A stretch of DNA of 32,936 bases. It comes from Octopus bimaculoides (Eukaryota). The notes beneath the pieces were generated by a model. The model worked only from the letters and a program-made list of their open reading frames with translations, was not told where the DNA came from and did no database searches. Position 1 is the first letter of the stretch. Each line of letters starts with the position of its first letter. Made by a program: the position numbers and the translations under genes. This document shows, in pieces, positions 31,473 through 32,936 of this stretch. The stretch spans positions 125,418,049 through 125,450,984 of the forward strand of contig NC_068984.1 in NCBI RefSeq assembly GCF_001194135.2. Direction: 5' to 3'.

Positions 31473-32050
31473 CAGGGGTTGGACAAAATAATGGAAACAC
31501 CTTAAAATTTCAAACAAATTTATTTTGAATATGGGGTAGGAGCGCCTTTGGCAGTAATTATAGCTTGAATTCTACGAGGTATGGACTCATACAAAGTTTG
31601 AATTGTTTCCAAAGGAATTTCTGTCCATCCTTCACCTAAAACAGTCTTGTAGTGATGATGGTGGAAGATATCGATTCCTTACTTGTTTTTGTAAAATGCA
31701 CCATAAAAGTTCAATAATATTGAGATCTGGGGACTGTGGTGGCCAGATAAGATGTTCAACTTCACTAGAATGTTCCTCGTGCTATTCAGTAACAACCTTA
31801 GCTGTGCGAATTGGTGTATTATCATCCTGAAAGATTGCGTTCTCTCCGAAAACAGTTCTGCAACCATAGGATGAATTTGATCGGATAAAATGCTTAAATA
31901 GTCTTGGCTATTAATTCTGCCATGAAGGGAAACCATTGGGCCGGCGGATTTCCAAGATATAGCGCCCCCACCCCCAGATCATCACAGACTACAGATCATC
32001 GAAGACTACAGATCCAATCCATCACTTGAACTGTAAAAGTCTGTAAAGCT
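31473..32050 (-). mobile_element. Tc1-like DD36E transposon relic, 5'-truncated
   Basis: SVMIWG, GRINSQDYLSIL, FQDDNTPIRTAKVVTE*HEEHSSEVEHLIWPPQSPDLNIIE. 108 nt separate D (31823-31821) and E (31712-31710). TIR CAGGGGTTGGACAAAATAATGGAAACACC at 31473. Confidence 0.85.
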
Positions 32051-32139
32051 TTCCAGTTTATCATTTAAATATATATAGGCATGTACAACTATATGCATGA
32101 GGATACATACATAAAGCAAAACATACAAATCTGCACATA

Positions 32140-32218
32140 TGCATACATACATAATACATACACACACACATACATACATACATACATACATACATACATA
32201 CATACATACATACATACA
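32140..32218. repeat. (TACA)n microsatellite
   Basis: Direct reading. Confidence 0.95.
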
Positions 32219-32367
32219 AAATTAGGCTGTTGATGAAATTTCAATAAAGGCGCCTTGGATCTAGGTTAAAAACCGGCTCTTTCTCTATTGGCAAGAAATT
32301 TTGAAATGAAACTGGATGACATACATACATACATGCATGCATGCATACACACACATACACATCTATA

Positions 32368-32576
32368 CACGAGGTGGCGGTCGAAAAGTTCCTGCCGTTA
32401 GGTAAAAGAAAATACAAGAGGATTGGTTAATTATGATTTTATTCAATATATTCCTCTCTCAGATTCACACACTTATTGTAGCGGTTCTTCAGTTTTTCTA
32501 AGACCTATAAAAGAATTTGGATGGTTAGGCCTCCACCCAGGCCTTACGCGATACCCTTAAAGCACCACCACCCGTG
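32368..32576 (-). mobile_element. mariner-derived MITE, second diverged copy
   Basis: TA|CACGAGG...gaaaagttcctg...CCCGTG|TA. The body is the reverse complement of 27954-28171, with part of the right TIR deleted. Confidence 0.8.
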
Positions 32577-32817
32577 TAAATGTGTGTGCGTGTGTGTGTA
32601 GGAAAATTTGTTGTTGAAAATGCACCTAAATTTTAAAAACTTGTAATTATTTTTAAATAAATTTATTTACGTATATCCCAAACTAGTTTCAGCAATATTT
32701 TTTGTTTATCAATGGTAAAAATTTAGAATTATGAATTAGAAAAACATGTTTAAAAGTTTCGATGTTGACAAGTTTACATGTTCAAAGCAGTCAATAATAT
32801 ATATTAATCTACTAGAT

Positions 32818-32936
32818 CCACACTCAAGGCTTTGGTCAGCTCGAGGCTACAGTAGAAGACACTTGCCACGCAGGTGCCACTTGCCACAAGGTGCCACGCA
32901 GTGGTACTGAACCCGGAACCATGTGGTTGGTAAGCA
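32818..32936 (-). mobile_element. SINE family A head, running off the window
   Basis: gtagaagacacttgcc...gtgccacgcagtggtactgaacccggaaccatgtggttggtaagca, with a short internal duplication. Confidence 0.85.

Overview
Eukaryotic, AT-rich, microsatellite-laden draft-assembly window with 10 N-gaps totalling about 4.5 kb. The SINE families and repeat load suggest an Octopus-like cephalopod (inference). The main feature is one apparently complete minus-strand SLCO/OATP (organic anion transporting polypeptide) gene. I reconstructed it by hand as 11 GT-AG coding exons: join(27789..27875, 26004..26310, 24851..25075, 24605..24691, 22911..23072, 18710..18874, 15314..15506, 13591..13765, 12524..12681, 9796..9860, 8676..8926). 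All intron phases are compatible; total 1875 nt, 624 aa plus stop. An acceptor at 27892 implies an unseen upstream 5'UTR exon. The rest is transposon debris: two RLE-type (R4/Dong-like) non-LTR fragments embedded in microsatellites, a Penelope-like RT relic and Penelope-type repeats, at least three tRNA-derived SINE families, hAT-like and mariner MITEs, a DD37D (maT) relic and a DD36E Tc1-like relic. Most notable observations: (1) a minimal type-I hammerhead-ribozyme-like motif with a variant CUGUCGA core in intron 5, on the transcribed strand; (2) a recent 646-bp copy of last-intron DNA placed downstream of the gene between 30-bp inverted repeats, with microhomology junctions; (3) loss or swap of several pore-lining charges typical of vertebrate OATPs; (4) a DD36E element in a probable mollusc; (5) inverted SINEs bracketing exon 7. 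No database searches or folding programs were run, so family names come from motif recognition.
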